Source of the DNA: an uncultured Bacilli bacterium
Lineage (GTDB): Bacteria; Bacillota_I; Bacilli_A; RF39; UBA660
DNA: 64,000 nt
Reading direction: 5' to 3'
Assembly: GCA_944331935.1 (NCBI GenBank)
Contig: CALVIV010000002.1
Span: 770-64,769 of the forward strand
This document shows positions 25,760-34,878 of the stretch, piece after piece (within the stretch, counting starts at the first letter, position 1; every line of letters starts with the position of its first letter). A program made the position numbers and the translations under genes. The notes beneath the pieces are model-generated. The model was not told the DNA's origin and did not search any database. It worked only from the letters and a program-made list of their open reading frames with translations.

Positions 25760-28700
25760 CTAATACTGACTTCCAAACTTTTTATTAATATAGTTGAAAG
25801 CTAAATCTAAATTTTCCTTATTTAAAGTCTGAACATTAAATTGAATATTAGGAGTTGTAAAAATAGTTTTTGTAGCATCTGTTATTTGTCGATTAATGTT
25901 AGCATCCATAGAACCAGTAGCAAATTTATTTGTGTTGTCTAACTCATTTAGAACTTTATTACCCAAATCTTTTGCTGCCTTAATGGCATTTTTTTCTTCG
26001 TCTAAAATACCTAAAGTAAGACCTTCAGTAAAGAAGTTACCAAATTTTCTAGTTTTTCTTGAAGGACTATGTTCATCTAAAATTTTTTGTAATGTTCCTA
26101 AAGCGGTTCCTGCTACAACAGATGCAGAATTTCTTAATTCTTTCATAACTTCTTCGCTATTTATTCCTTTTGCAAAACCTCTAGTTAGGTTAACACCTGC
26201 TACTTCTGCTTCACCTTGACGATTTAATTCATTAATAACATTATCTGCTAAAGTTCTTGCTTCATCTGTAACCTCACCACCATTTTCATTAATAATAGAT
26301 ACTAAATTTAAAATTTGCTCTTGCATATCAGGACTTAACATAGAGATATTATTCTTAAATTCTTGTTCTGACGTAATAGCCATATTAGCCCAGGCAAGAG
26401 CAACTGCTTCTGTTTCGTTATAAGCTACTCCAGTCATATTTACAACTGCATTTCTTACGTCTTCTGGTAGTGTTGCTAAAGTTGCTTGATATTGCCCTAT
26501 AGATGATTCTGCTAAAGTCTTCCAAGCTTGCTCTACTGCAGGAGAGTTTTCATTTATAGCAGATGTTTGTGATACTAAAGTTGTTATTGTATCGTTTAAA
26601 GTTTGTTGATACATTCTACGATTTGATTCTAAAACTTGTTTCTCATAATCATCTGCATTTTTTATTCTTTTACTATATTCTTCATTAATTGATTTTGTTT
26701 GTCTTATTTGACTTTCCAATTCGTCAGAAAACACTTCTTTTTTTATTTTTCCATTTTCATCAAGAACCCTTGTATTAGTAGAAATTATCTTATTAAGCTC
26801 ATTAATATCATTTGTCTGCATTCTTAATGAATTAGTTTCATATGTGGTTATTGCTCCCATAGCAGAATCGTAATTAGATTGAGCATCTTTTAAACTTTTA
26901 TTAGCTTCATCTAACTCCTTCCGTAATCCTTCAACTTGTCCCTCTAACTTAGCATTATTAGGAGCTACATTTTCTTGATATTCTTTAAGTTCTTCGACGG
27001 CATTATTATATTCTTTTTGTGCATTTTCTTGAGCTTTTTCTGCTTCCGTTAAGCTTTTAGTATATTCATCTATGTTTTCTTTAGCATCTTTATAATCTTG
27101 TTCTTGTGAACCTAAAATAACTTCTGCTCTTTTCTTAGCAAGAACCAATTCTAAAGTATCATTTAACTCATTATACTTTTGAATTACACCATCTACTAAA
27201 GAATATTCAGTTCCCATTGCAGAATTAAATTCATTTAAAATAAAGTTTACTCTTTCTTCATAACCATCTTTCACTTTGCCATTAGAATCGACTAACATGT
27301 TAAGTTCATTAATAAGGTTTTCAACATTATCTATTTCTCTTAAAGATGATTCTACTTCTTTTTGTCTTTCGTTGTATAATTCTTTTCTAGCAGATGTTTG
27401 CTCCTTAATTTTGTTATTCAAAGCTTCAATTCTTTTTTCTTCTTCTGTTTGTCTTGTAGAAAGAACTAAAGTCGTAGCTGCTAGTCCAGCTAATGCTATT
27501 GACAATATTCCTACTGGGCTTGTTGCTGCGCTTAATACTTTTGCTAGATTTGCAGCAGAACCTTTAGCATCTCCTATACCATTATGCATTAACACTATAG
27601 CTTGAGTAAATGTTCCTACTCCTTTAGTCGCAGTTCCTAATACTTTACCTAAGTTACCAACTATTTTTATAGTCGGACCTATACCTGCAACTAATGCAGC
27701 AGTTTTTAATATTGTCTGTTGTTCTTCATCCGTCATATCGGCAAAGCTTTCTGCTAAATCACCTAAGAAGTCTAATAAATCGTTAATATGAGGTAATAAT
27801 TCATCACCCATAGTAATCGCTAAGGCTTTAGCTTTATTTTGAGCCATATTTAATTGTGATTCTGATGTTTTATATCTTTCATTAGCTTCCTTAGTTAAAG
27901 CCGTGTTTTCTTGCCAAGCTTTAGCACCTATTTCTAATGACTCATTAAATAAATTCGCAGCTCCACTAGCACGTAATAATGTATCTCTAACTCTTATTTC
28001 ACTTAAGCCCATTTCATCAAGCACACCAATCGCAGACTTACCAGTTCCATCTAGGTTAGATAACCCATTTATAAATGCTATAATAGCACCTGCTGCATCT
28101 TCTTTAAATGCGGTCTTAAACTGCTCTGCAGACATACCTGAGACTTGAGCAAATTGTTCTAATTGGTCATTGCCCTTTTCTACAGCCAATTGCATCTGAA
28201 CCATAACTCTAGAAAATGCAGAACCTCCAGCCTCGGCTTCAATTCCTACTGATGATAAAGCACCTGCAAATGATAAAATTTGGTCTTCTGTCATTCCTAC
28301 TTGAGCACCAGCACCTGCTAGTCTTAATCCCATTTCTACTATTTCAGATTCAGTAGAAGCTAATTTATTACCTAAATCAGTAACAACAGCACCTAAATTA
28401 GAAAATTGACTTTGATCCATCTGAGTAATATTTGCAAATCTCGCTAAAGCTGTAGCAGCTTCATCAGAAGTCATATTTGAAGCTTCACCTAAATCTATCA
28501 TAGTACGTGTAAAACTAAGAATAGAGCTTTTTTGAATACCTAATTGTCCTGCCGCTTCCGCTACTGCTGCAATTTCTTCTGCACTTGCAGGAAGAACCTT
28601 AGACATTTCAAGAATACCTTCTCTAAATTCACTATACTCTTCTTCTGTTGCATCAACTGTTTTTCTTACACCTGCAAAAGCACTTTCAAAATCCATTGAA

Positions 28701-29197
28701 GATTTGACTGAATAAGCTCCCAAAGCAACTATAGGTAACGTTAGACCAGTTGTTACCTTATTTCCTACATTATCAACTGTATTACCCAAATTATAAATTG
28801 TTGTACCTACTTTTTCTATCTCTTTACCTGCTTTAGTGAAGTTACTTGTTTCATTTTTTAAGTTAGTGATTTTTTGAGTAGTAGATTCTATCTCCCTTTG
28901 TAAATCTCTATATTCTGCACTATGTTTATTAACCCCTGCATCATCCAATTTCTGTTGAGCTTGTTGTAAAGCATTTAACCTATTTTCTGTTTCTTTTAAT
29001 GTTTCTGATAAGACCTCTGTCTTTTGATTTAATAATGTTGTATTAGATGGGTCAAATTTTAGTAAAGTATTAATACCTCTTAATTCTTTGCTAAGACTAT
29101 TAGTAGTTTTATCTACATCTTTTAAAGCAGTTTGAAGTTTAGTAGTATCTCCTCCAATTTCAACCAATAAACCTCTTACTTTTTTACTACTTGCCAT
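25760..29197 (-). CDS. tail tape measure protein
   Basis: 1145 aa, the largest ORF. Helical, Ala/Gly-rich and coiled-coil segments. Lies after the chaperone pair. Confidence 0.9.
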   Translation of the reverse strand: MASSKKVRGLLVEIGGDTTKLQTALKDVDKTTNSLSKELRGINTLLKFDPSNTTLLNQKTEVLSETLKETENRLNALQQAQQKLDDAGVNKHSAEYRDLQREIESTTQKITNLKNETSNFTKAGKEIEKVGTTIYNLGNTVDNVGNKVTTGLTLPIVALGAYSVKSSMDFESAFAGVRKTVDATEEEYSEFREGILEMSKVLPASAEEIAAVAEAAGQLGIQKSSILSFTRTMIDLGEASNMTSDEAATALARFANITQMDQSQFSNLGAVVTDLGNKLASTESEIVEMGLRLAGAGAQVGMTEDQILSFAGALSSVGIEAEAGGSAFSRVMVQMQLAVEKGNDQLEQFAQVSGMSAEQFKTAFKEDAAGAIIAFINGLSNLDGTGKSAIGVLDEMGLSEIRVRDTLLRASGAANLFNESLEIGAKAWQENTALTKEANERYKTSESQLNMAQNKAKALAITMGDELLPHINDLLDFLGDLAESFADMTDEEQQTILKTAALVAGIGPTIKIVGNLGKVLGTATKGVGTFTQAIVLMHNGIGDAKGSAANLAKVLSAATSPVGILSIALAGLAATTLVLSTRQTEEEKRIEALNNKIKEQTSARKELYNERQKEVESSLREIDNVENLINELNMLVDSNGKVKDGYEERVNFILNEFNSAMGTEYSLVDGVIQKYNELNDTLELVLAKKRAEVILGSQEQDYKDAKENIDEYTKSLTEAEKAQENAQKEYNNAVEELKEYQENVAPNNAKLEGQVEGLRKELDEANKSLKDAQSNYDSAMGAITTYETNSLRMQTNDINELNKIISTNTRVLDENGKIKKEVFSDELESQIRQTKSINEEYSKRIKNADDYEKQVLESNRRMYQQTLNDTITTLVSQTSAINENSPAVEQAWKTLAESSIGQYQATLATLPEDVRNAVVNMTGVAYNETEAVALAWANMAITSEQEFKNNISMLSPDMQEQILNLVSIINENGGEVTDEARTLADNVINELNRQGEAEVAGVNLTRGFAKGINSEEVMKELRNSASVVAGTALGTLQKILDEHSPSRKTRKFGNFFTEGLTLGILDEEKNAIKAAKDLGNKVLNELDNTNKFATGSMDANINRQITDATKTIFTTPNIQFNVQTLNKENLDLAFNYINKKFGSQY

Positions 29198-29208
29198 TTA
29201 TAACCCTC

Positions 29209-29463
29209 CTAACTCATAAATTTATCAATATCTTTTTGAGTTGCCATCTTTGTTTCCTCTTTTTTATTAGATTTTAAAAAAGAGAAGAGAACTTTCATGA
29301 TTGAAACATAAGTCCTCTTCTCTAAATCACTTAATGATATTCCGGCTCTTAAGCATGAAGCTTCAAATGTATGAGCAGGAAAATATACAGGTTCATTTGA
29401 ACCATTACCTTCAATTGTTTTTAATGCTTCTATTAATTTCTTGTCAACGAAAGCAATTGGCAC
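29209..29463 (-). CDS. tail assembly chaperone, downstream (T-like) reading frame
   Basis: Overlaps the end of the G-like ORF by 20 nt, in the +1 frame relative to it. Confidence 0.5.
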   Translation of the reverse strand: MPIAFVDKKLIEALKTIEGNGSNEPVYFPAHTFEASCLRAGISLSDLEKRTYVSIMKVLFSFLKSNKKEETKMATQKDIDKFMS

Positions 29464-29836
29464 AAAGTGCCATTACCTCCATAATCCAGTCATCTAATAA
29501 AGATAATCTTTCTAATGAGCTATACCACTCTTCATAGCAAGAGATATCTTTATTATTATCATAAATGCATATCCAACACATTCTAGTTATACAGTCAATG
29601 AAATCATTCAAATCATCTACAGTATCTTTAAAAATCATTTCTTGAATTTCTTCATTTGAAGCATTAGGCATATCTTCTTTATGCTTTTCTAAAGACTTTA
29701 TTTCTTTTCTTAAGAAATTTTGTGTAGTATTTAAATCTTTCATGATATTTCTATCAAAAATATCTGCATAATCTCTATATGTAGATGCATGACAAGAAAT
29801 ATTAAACTCTTGTGAACCTATTTTAATTGTCTTCAT
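29444..29836 (-). CDS. tail assembly chaperone (gpG-like)
   Basis: 130 aa, between the major tail protein and the tape measure. Confidence 0.65.
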   Translation of the reverse strand: MKTIKIGSQEFNISCHASTYRDYADIFDRNIMKDLNTTQNFLRKEIKSLEKHKEDMPNASNEEIQEMIFKDTVDDLNDFIDCITRMCWICIYDNNKDISCYEEWYSSLERLSLLDDWIMEVMALCANCFR

Positions 29837-29843
29837 TTAAAAC

Positions 29844-30416
29844 CTATACTGATGGAATAGTAGATGGCTCATAAACATCTGAAAAGAAACTGTTAAATGC
29901 TGTTGTATTAGTATCAGATAAAGTCATTACTGCTTTAACATTCTTGTTGTCTTCTCTTGGTGTTGCTGTAATACTTAATGTATCAGTTTGTGGTGTTCTA
30001 GTATCTTCTGTTGTAGCAGCTTCTGTAGATGGTCTTGTTACCATACAATTGTAAAGTACAGACCTTCTAGGTTTCTCATCTCCTGTTACTTCAAACAATA
30101 ATGCAAATGGTTTAATTGTAGCATCTGCATTTTCAATTAAAGCTCCATTGCTATCAACAGTATAACCTAATACATCCTTTTGAAATGATTCAGGAATATC
30201 TGCTATTTCTAAATCTCCACTATAACCATTATTATTACTTGCAGAGTAATAAACAATATTATCTGCATAAAATGGTGTTATTTCTCCCTCTTGATCTAAT
30301 GAAAGATTAACAGCACCTGGAATTCTTACAGGTGTTGCATAAGATACTTCTCCACCTTCTGATGTTGTTTTAACAGCATAATATACATTACTTAATCCAA
30401 ATTTTACTTTATTCAT
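29844..30416 (-). CDS. major tail protein
   Basis: 190 aa, begins MNKVKFGLSNVYYAV. Position upstream of the chaperones. Confidence 0.75.
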   Translation of the reverse strand: MNKVKFGLSNVYYAVKTTSEGGEVSYATPVRIPGAVNLSLDQEGEITPFYADNIVYYSASNNNGYSGDLEIADIPESFQKDVLGYTVDSNGALIENADATIKPFALLFEVTGDEKPRRSVLYNCMVTRPSTEAATTEDTRTPQTDTLSITATPREDNKNVKAVMTLSDTNTTAFNSFFSDVYEPSTIPSV

Positions 30417-30419
30417 TTT

Positions 30420-30737
30420 TTATTCCTCCTCTATATTAAAAAAATAAGAGATGTTATAAACACCCTCATCTTCTATTTGATTTTCAGTTTTATCCCAATA
30501 AACGTCTTTAAGCAATTTATTTTCAACTTTACTTTCAAGACTTAAATCCTTTTTTATGGTTGTAAGCTCTAATCTAAAATTACAATTCTTATACCAGACC
30601 TTATTATCAGCACCGAAATTATCTGTATCTATAACAGTTCCTATTAAGTGTGGTGGACTTATAGGTTCTGTAAACTTTCCATAAGCATAAGGAATATTAA
30701 TCTTTTTGCATAAATCATCTAATTCACTTAACTTCAT
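30420..30737 (-). CDS. tail completion/terminator-like protein
   Basis: Position between the gp10-like gene and the major tail gene. Confidence 0.45.
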   Translation of the reverse strand: MKLSELDDLCKKINIPYAYGKFTEPISPPHLIGTVIDTDNFGADNKVWYKNCNFRLELTTIKKDLSLESKVENKLLKDVYWDKTENQIEDEGVYNISYFFNIEEE

Positions 30738-31135
30738 CTTTTCGCTCTCCTTTCAAACTCATCAACAAATTTCTCTTTATATTTTTGTTCTGTAGGTCGT
30801 ATATGAGGTTGAGCAGTAGTATGGCCACCATTTTTAGTAGCATGACCAAATTCTAGTAAGTGAGTTAATCTATAATGCTTTTTATTCCATACTGCTTTTG
30901 AAAAAAAACTTATACCTTTTTGCTTTACTGTTATAGTCCAGCCATCTCTATACTCTCCAGTTTCTCCAACTGGACTTATAGTTTTTAACTCATTCTTCGC
31001 TTCTTTAGTTACCTCATCAGTTATCTCTACAACTAAATCATCAACGTCATCTTTATATTCAGTAAGAATATCTGTTATTTCATTAGCGAGACTATTGACT
31101 GTTACTTTCTTTGACGTTGCCAACTCTATGTTCAC
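30734..31135 (-). CDS. HK97 gp10-family head-tail joining protein
   Basis: YRDGW...WNKKHYRLTHLLEFGH motif. Confidence 0.65.
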   Translation of the reverse strand: MNIELATSKKVTVNSLANEITDILTEYKDDVDDLVVEITDEVTKEAKNELKTISPVGETGEYRDGWTITVKQKGISFFSKAVWNKKHYRLTHLLEFGHATKNGGHTTAQPHIRPTEQKYKEKFVDEFERRAKR

Positions 31136-31415
31136 AAATTAAAGAAACTTCATCAGGATTATTAGATGTAGCTCTTACAATTTTGTACCTTTCTCCCATG
31201 TATTCTAGTTCTTGTTCGCTATTGTAGTTTAATGATGAAATAACAAATCTAACTTCTGGTCTAATACCTTGTTCATTAGCTTCATAGAACTCCTCAAGCA
31301 TAATAGAAGTTTGTTTTATTATTGGAACAACTTTTCTATTTTCTTTTTTTATCTCTTGCCCTATTTCATCTTTTGAAATAGAAAAAGAAAGAAGAGTTAA
31401 TTCTACAGCTATCAT
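31092..31415 (-). CDS. head closure protein
   Basis: 107 aa; position and the YMGERYKIVRA pattern. Confidence 0.55.
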   Translation of the reverse strand: MIAVELTLLSFSISKDEIGQEIKKENRKVVPIIKQTSIMLEEFYEANEQGIRPEVRFVISSLNYNSEQELEYMGERYKIVRATSNNPDEVSLICEHRVGNVKESNSQ

Positions 31416-31729
31416 AGATTATCACTCTTCTTTCTATATCCACCTGATAAAGATAGACTTTGTTCTAAAGTGTTAAAAGTTCTTAAAGCATATTCTTTTT
31501 CTTTAATATCTACATTCCCAAATGTTGATTTAATATAAAACATAATAGCAGTAGTAATTAAATCATCGTATTTCTTCTCATCAGTGGAATAATTATATTT
31601 AGTATCAATACCACTTCGTTCAAGTTCTAAAATACCTGAACGTATTAGAAGTTTTATCTCTTCATCTTTTAATGTAGATGTTTCTACTATACTCAAGAAC
31701 TGTTTCGCTTGTTTTAACAAATTATCCAT
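31412..31729 (-). CDS. gp6-like head-tail connector protein
   Basis: 105 aa, first gene after the capsid gene. Begins LKQAKQFLSI. Confidence 0.55.
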   Translation of the reverse strand: MDNLLKQAKQFLSIVETSTLKDEEIKLLIRSGILELERSGIDTKYNYSTDEKKYDDLITTAIMFYIKSTFGNVDIKEKEYALRTFNTLEQSLSLSGGYRKKSDNL

Positions 31730-31750
31730 AGCTTACCTCCTTCTAACTTA

Positions 31751-32953
31751 CTATACTGATGGAATTGAACTTACCTTACCTTTAGCGAAAGCATTTGGTC
31801 TTGGCTTGCCATCATAAATAGCATAAGTTGAGTAAATACTTCTTCTTTCTGTAGATCTAACATCTCTGTTAACACTAATTCCTTCTACTGTATTTAAAAT
31901 ATAGTTTTTAGGATTACCAACCATAAGATCTTCTGCTTTTAGATATGGATCTTCTTCAATAGAAATAACATCAGTTGATTTTAAACCTTGTAAAAATGGA
32001 TAATTACCATTTGCATCTTTATAACCAACTAAATCAATAGCATAAGAACTTGAAATATATGCTTTTGCACCTATTCTAAAGTCCTCTCCTAAAGACTCAT
32101 ATGTATTTAATACAGTATCAATAACATTATCTCCTTCAATAGCACTTAAACCATTTAAAGCTCCTGTAGGTTGGTCTTCTCCAGTACCATATAATACTGC
32201 TGTTGCTAAAGCTCTACCCATTTTATTAGCAAGTTCATCAGTAATAAAACTAATAAAATCATCTACTGCCATTCTCTCTAACTTCCAAGTAATTTCAACT
32301 TGTTTAGCAAGTTCATGACCAGTTAGTTTTAAAGCTTTATACTCTTGACCTTCATTTTTAGTATTAGTAAGTTCTGCATACCAATTAGCATCGTCAGATG
32401 CATTTAAATATGGAAAATCAACATTTCCAGCGACAGCAATTTTCTTAACATCTCTTAAAAATGGAGAAGTTTTATTTATAGTTTCTAACATATCTAGCCT
32501 AACTTGTGTTGGAATAAACAAACCTCCATTGTTAATACCTTGAGTAGATGAACCACTTTCTACAAATGTAGTAGATGTAGTAGTAATAGCATCTCCTAAA
32601 GCTCTCTCTTCCTCTTCAGTAAAATCAGTTCTATTCATTAACTTTTTAGCCCAAGCTGAACGATATTCTTCTGATTTTAACACTTCTTTAAGACTTCTTT
32701 TTTCTTCTTTCATTTCATCTTTTCCTTTCTTTTTTACTTTTACAAATTTTCTTTCTTCTTTCTCATTTGAGTCTGTTTCTCTAATAAGTTTTCTTTCTTC
32801 TTCTTTAGAAATAGAACTATCATCAGATAACTCTTTTTCTAACTCTTCTTTCTTTTTTTCAACTTCTAAAGCTTCTACTTGTGAACGAAGTTCTTCTACT
32901 TCTTTCATTGTTTTAGCTTCTTTAATTTTTTTCATTAATTCTTCCTTGTTCAT
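31751..32953 (-). CDS. major capsid protein, HK97 fold
   Basis: 400 aa. N-terminal Glu/Lys coiled-coil delta-like region. Follows the prohead protease. Confidence 0.8.
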   Translation of the reverse strand: MNKEELMKKIKEAKTMKEVEELRSQVEALEVEKKKEELEKELSDDSSISKEEERKLIRETDSNEKEERKFVKVKKKGKDEMKEEKRSLKEVLKSEEYRSAWAKKLMNRTDFTEEEERALGDAITTTSTTFVESGSSTQGINNGGLFIPTQVRLDMLETINKTSPFLRDVKKIAVAGNVDFPYLNASDDANWYAELTNTKNEGQEYKALKLTGHELAKQVEITWKLERMAVDDFISFITDELANKMGRALATAVLYGTGEDQPTGALNGLSAIEGDNVIDTVLNTYESLGEDFRIGAKAYISSSYAIDLVGYKDANGNYPFLQGLKSTDVISIEEDPYLKAEDLMVGNPKNYILNTVEGISVNRDVRSTERRSIYSTYAIYDGKPRPNAFAKGKVSSIPSV

Positions 32954-32991
32954 TATTTTTTCCTCCTAATTTTTTATTTGATTTATACTGC

Positions 32992-33053
32992 CTCTCGCAG
33001 TTCTATAACTAGCCCTATTTTTCTCTCACAGAAAAAAAGACACTCTCTCGCAG
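32992..33053. repeat. three CTCTCRCAG boxes between the protease and capsid genes
   Basis: CTCTCGCAG at 32992, CTCTCACAG at 33023, CTCTCGCAG at 33045. Confidence 0.8.
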
Positions 33054-33070
33054 AAATGTCCTTGTCAGGA

Positions 33071-33655
33071 TTATATACATTTAAGTATTGTAGATAACTT
33101 TTCTTTTTCAAGCTTTAGCTCATCATACTTCTTCTTACCTTCTAAAAATCTAGATTCACTTTTTTCTAAATTTCTAGCGAATACTTCAGTACTATCATAA
33201 AATGGTACATCTACAATAGAAACATCAAAAATCTTATCAAACTGTAATATTCTTCTCGTATCAGTTTCATAATCATTTTCTTCTGCTTCTACTGTAAAAG
33301 CAAAACTCATTTTATCTAAGAGTTTAGCTTGAATTGATTTATAAATATCTCTATTACTTGTTGTGTCAATTAATTCAGCATGAATAAATAACCCTTTATC
33401 ATCTATTGTTAACTGTAAAGAATTATTACGTGTCCTTGCTAATAACAGATGACTATCATCATGGTTGTACCTTAAAATAACATCTTTCATATCTGCTCCA
33501 TTAAAAGCATTTTTATCTATTATCTCTGTAAAACCATAATGAGTAGCTGGACTTTCAAAAACTACTGCATAGCCTTCAACTATCATCCTATCATCTATAC
33601 TCCTACATTCTAAATTAGTATTAAATAATCTAACTTCTTTTTCTTTCTTAATCAT
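33071..33655 (-). CDS. HK97-family prohead protease
   Basis: About 195 aa between portal and capsid. Contains VEGYAVVFESP. Confidence 0.7.
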   Translation of the reverse strand: MIKKEKEVRLFNTNLECRSIDDRMIVEGYAVVFESPATHYGFTEIIDKNAFNGADMKDVILRYNHDDSHLLLARTRNNSLQLTIDDKGLFIHAELIDTTSNRDIYKSIQAKLLDKMSFAFTVEAEENDYETDTRRILQFDKIFDVSIVDVPFYDSTEVFARNLEKSESRFLEGKKKYDELKLEKEKLSTILKCI

Positions 33656-34877
33656 CACTTCCATCTCCTTCCTTTAATTTTTGACCTAACTGATATACAT
33701 CTGCAATTTCTGCATTAATATAGTTAAGAGATTGCATTCTTTTCTTTCCTTCTTCGCCTCCAATAGGTGCTAAATCTAAAATCATTAATGCTTGATCTAC
33801 TGTTAATAGTCCCATTGCTCCGACTTCTTTAACTAGTTTTACTTTTTCATCTAAAGAAGCATATTGAACTCTATTAACTGAGAAAGAAATACTATTTCCC
33901 TCTTTAATAGCTTTCCTAGAAAATATTTTCATTTTAAAAGACTGTTCCAAATAAATAGCCAAAGGCTCTAAAACAGTCTCATAAAATGCATTCCATTGTT
34001 GTGGAGTAAAGTCTCCAGAAATTATAGATTTATTTAAATTAAAATAATTAAGAACTCGTTGGTCAACGTGTTCTGATTGGTCTTTATCTAAGGTTATTGG
34101 TTTTATATTTAATTCATTAAATTCTGTTTTATTATCTATTGCTGCAATACCATCATTATCTGTTGCATTAATAAATGAATCAACAAACTCTTTTTTATTT
34201 TTTTCTATATCTTCTTTCTTTAAATTTTGCGTAAATTTTAATACACCTCTTAAAGAATTAGAAACCTTTATAGCATTGCTAATACCTTCCTCTGCTGTTA
34301 CTTGATTTTGTAAAGCAGGCATTAAAGCTCTATTACTACTTCCTATTAAATCATCATCATTATAAAATCTTCTTAGATGTATCAAATCGCCATAAGGTAA
34401 TATATAGCATTTGCCATTAGATAGCCAAAATTTTAAGTATAAATTATTACTAGAATCTTTTAACCATTCTGCTGTACTATAATTAATTGGATAAAATCCT
34501 GTAATAAAACCTTTATCGTCCTTGTCTATATATACAAAAACATTATTGTGCAAATATAGCAGGGAAATAGTTCTATAAATAAAATCATATGTAGTCATAA
34601 TAGGATTAGGTTGATTTGCTAATAAGTAATTTATATCTCCATTAACATAAACTCTTTGACCATTAACTATTTTATAATGTCTAGGTTCAAACTTAGCACA
34701 GTGTTTAGCAATAGTGTCAACACATATTACAACTGAATCATTTAATGTTAAATTTTTATTTACTGTACTAAAACTTGCATTAAAACCACTAACTAATTTT
34801 AAAAGTGTTTTCTGTACCAATGTATTATCTTTGCCATTTAAAAGTTTATCAAAAAAACTTCTTTTTTCTTTTGCCAT
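33648..34877 (-). CDS. portal protein
   Basis: 409 aa, 1 nt after the terminase large subunit stop. Confidence 0.8.
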   Translation of the reverse strand: MAKEKRSFFDKLLNGKDNTLVQKTLLKLVSGFNASFSTVNKNLTLNDSVVICVDTIAKHCAKFEPRHYKIVNGQRVYVNGDINYLLANQPNPIMTTYDFIYRTISLLYLHNNVFVYIDKDDKGFITGFYPINYSTAEWLKDSSNNLYLKFWLSNGKCYILPYGDLIHLRRFYNDDDLIGSSNRALMPALQNQVTAEEGISNAIKVSNSLRGVLKFTQNLKKEDIEKNKKEFVDSFINATDNDGIAAIDNKTEFNELNIKPITLDKDQSEHVDQRVLNYFNLNKSIISGDFTPQQWNAFYETVLEPLAIYLEQSFKMKIFSRKAIKEGNSISFSVNRVQYASLDEKVKLVKEVGAMGLLTVDQALMILDLAPIGGEEGKKRMQSLNYINAEIADVYQLGQKLKEGDGSDD

Positions 34878-34878
34878 A

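Noticed and set aside
25896-28148. Plus-strand ORFs inside the tape measure gene. Similar antisense or shadow ORFs occur elsewhere: 6951, 7891, 8281, 17935, 19495, 19823, 24176, 29301, 34714, 35840, 39752, 42173, 42220, 45226, 45973, 47030, 47244, 48050, 50377, 55375, 55802 and 60716.
   Set aside because: Each is fully embedded antisense or out of frame in a longer, better-supported gene. They lack an SD and have low-complexity Ser/Leu/Phe-rich translations typical of shadow frames in AT-rich DNA.
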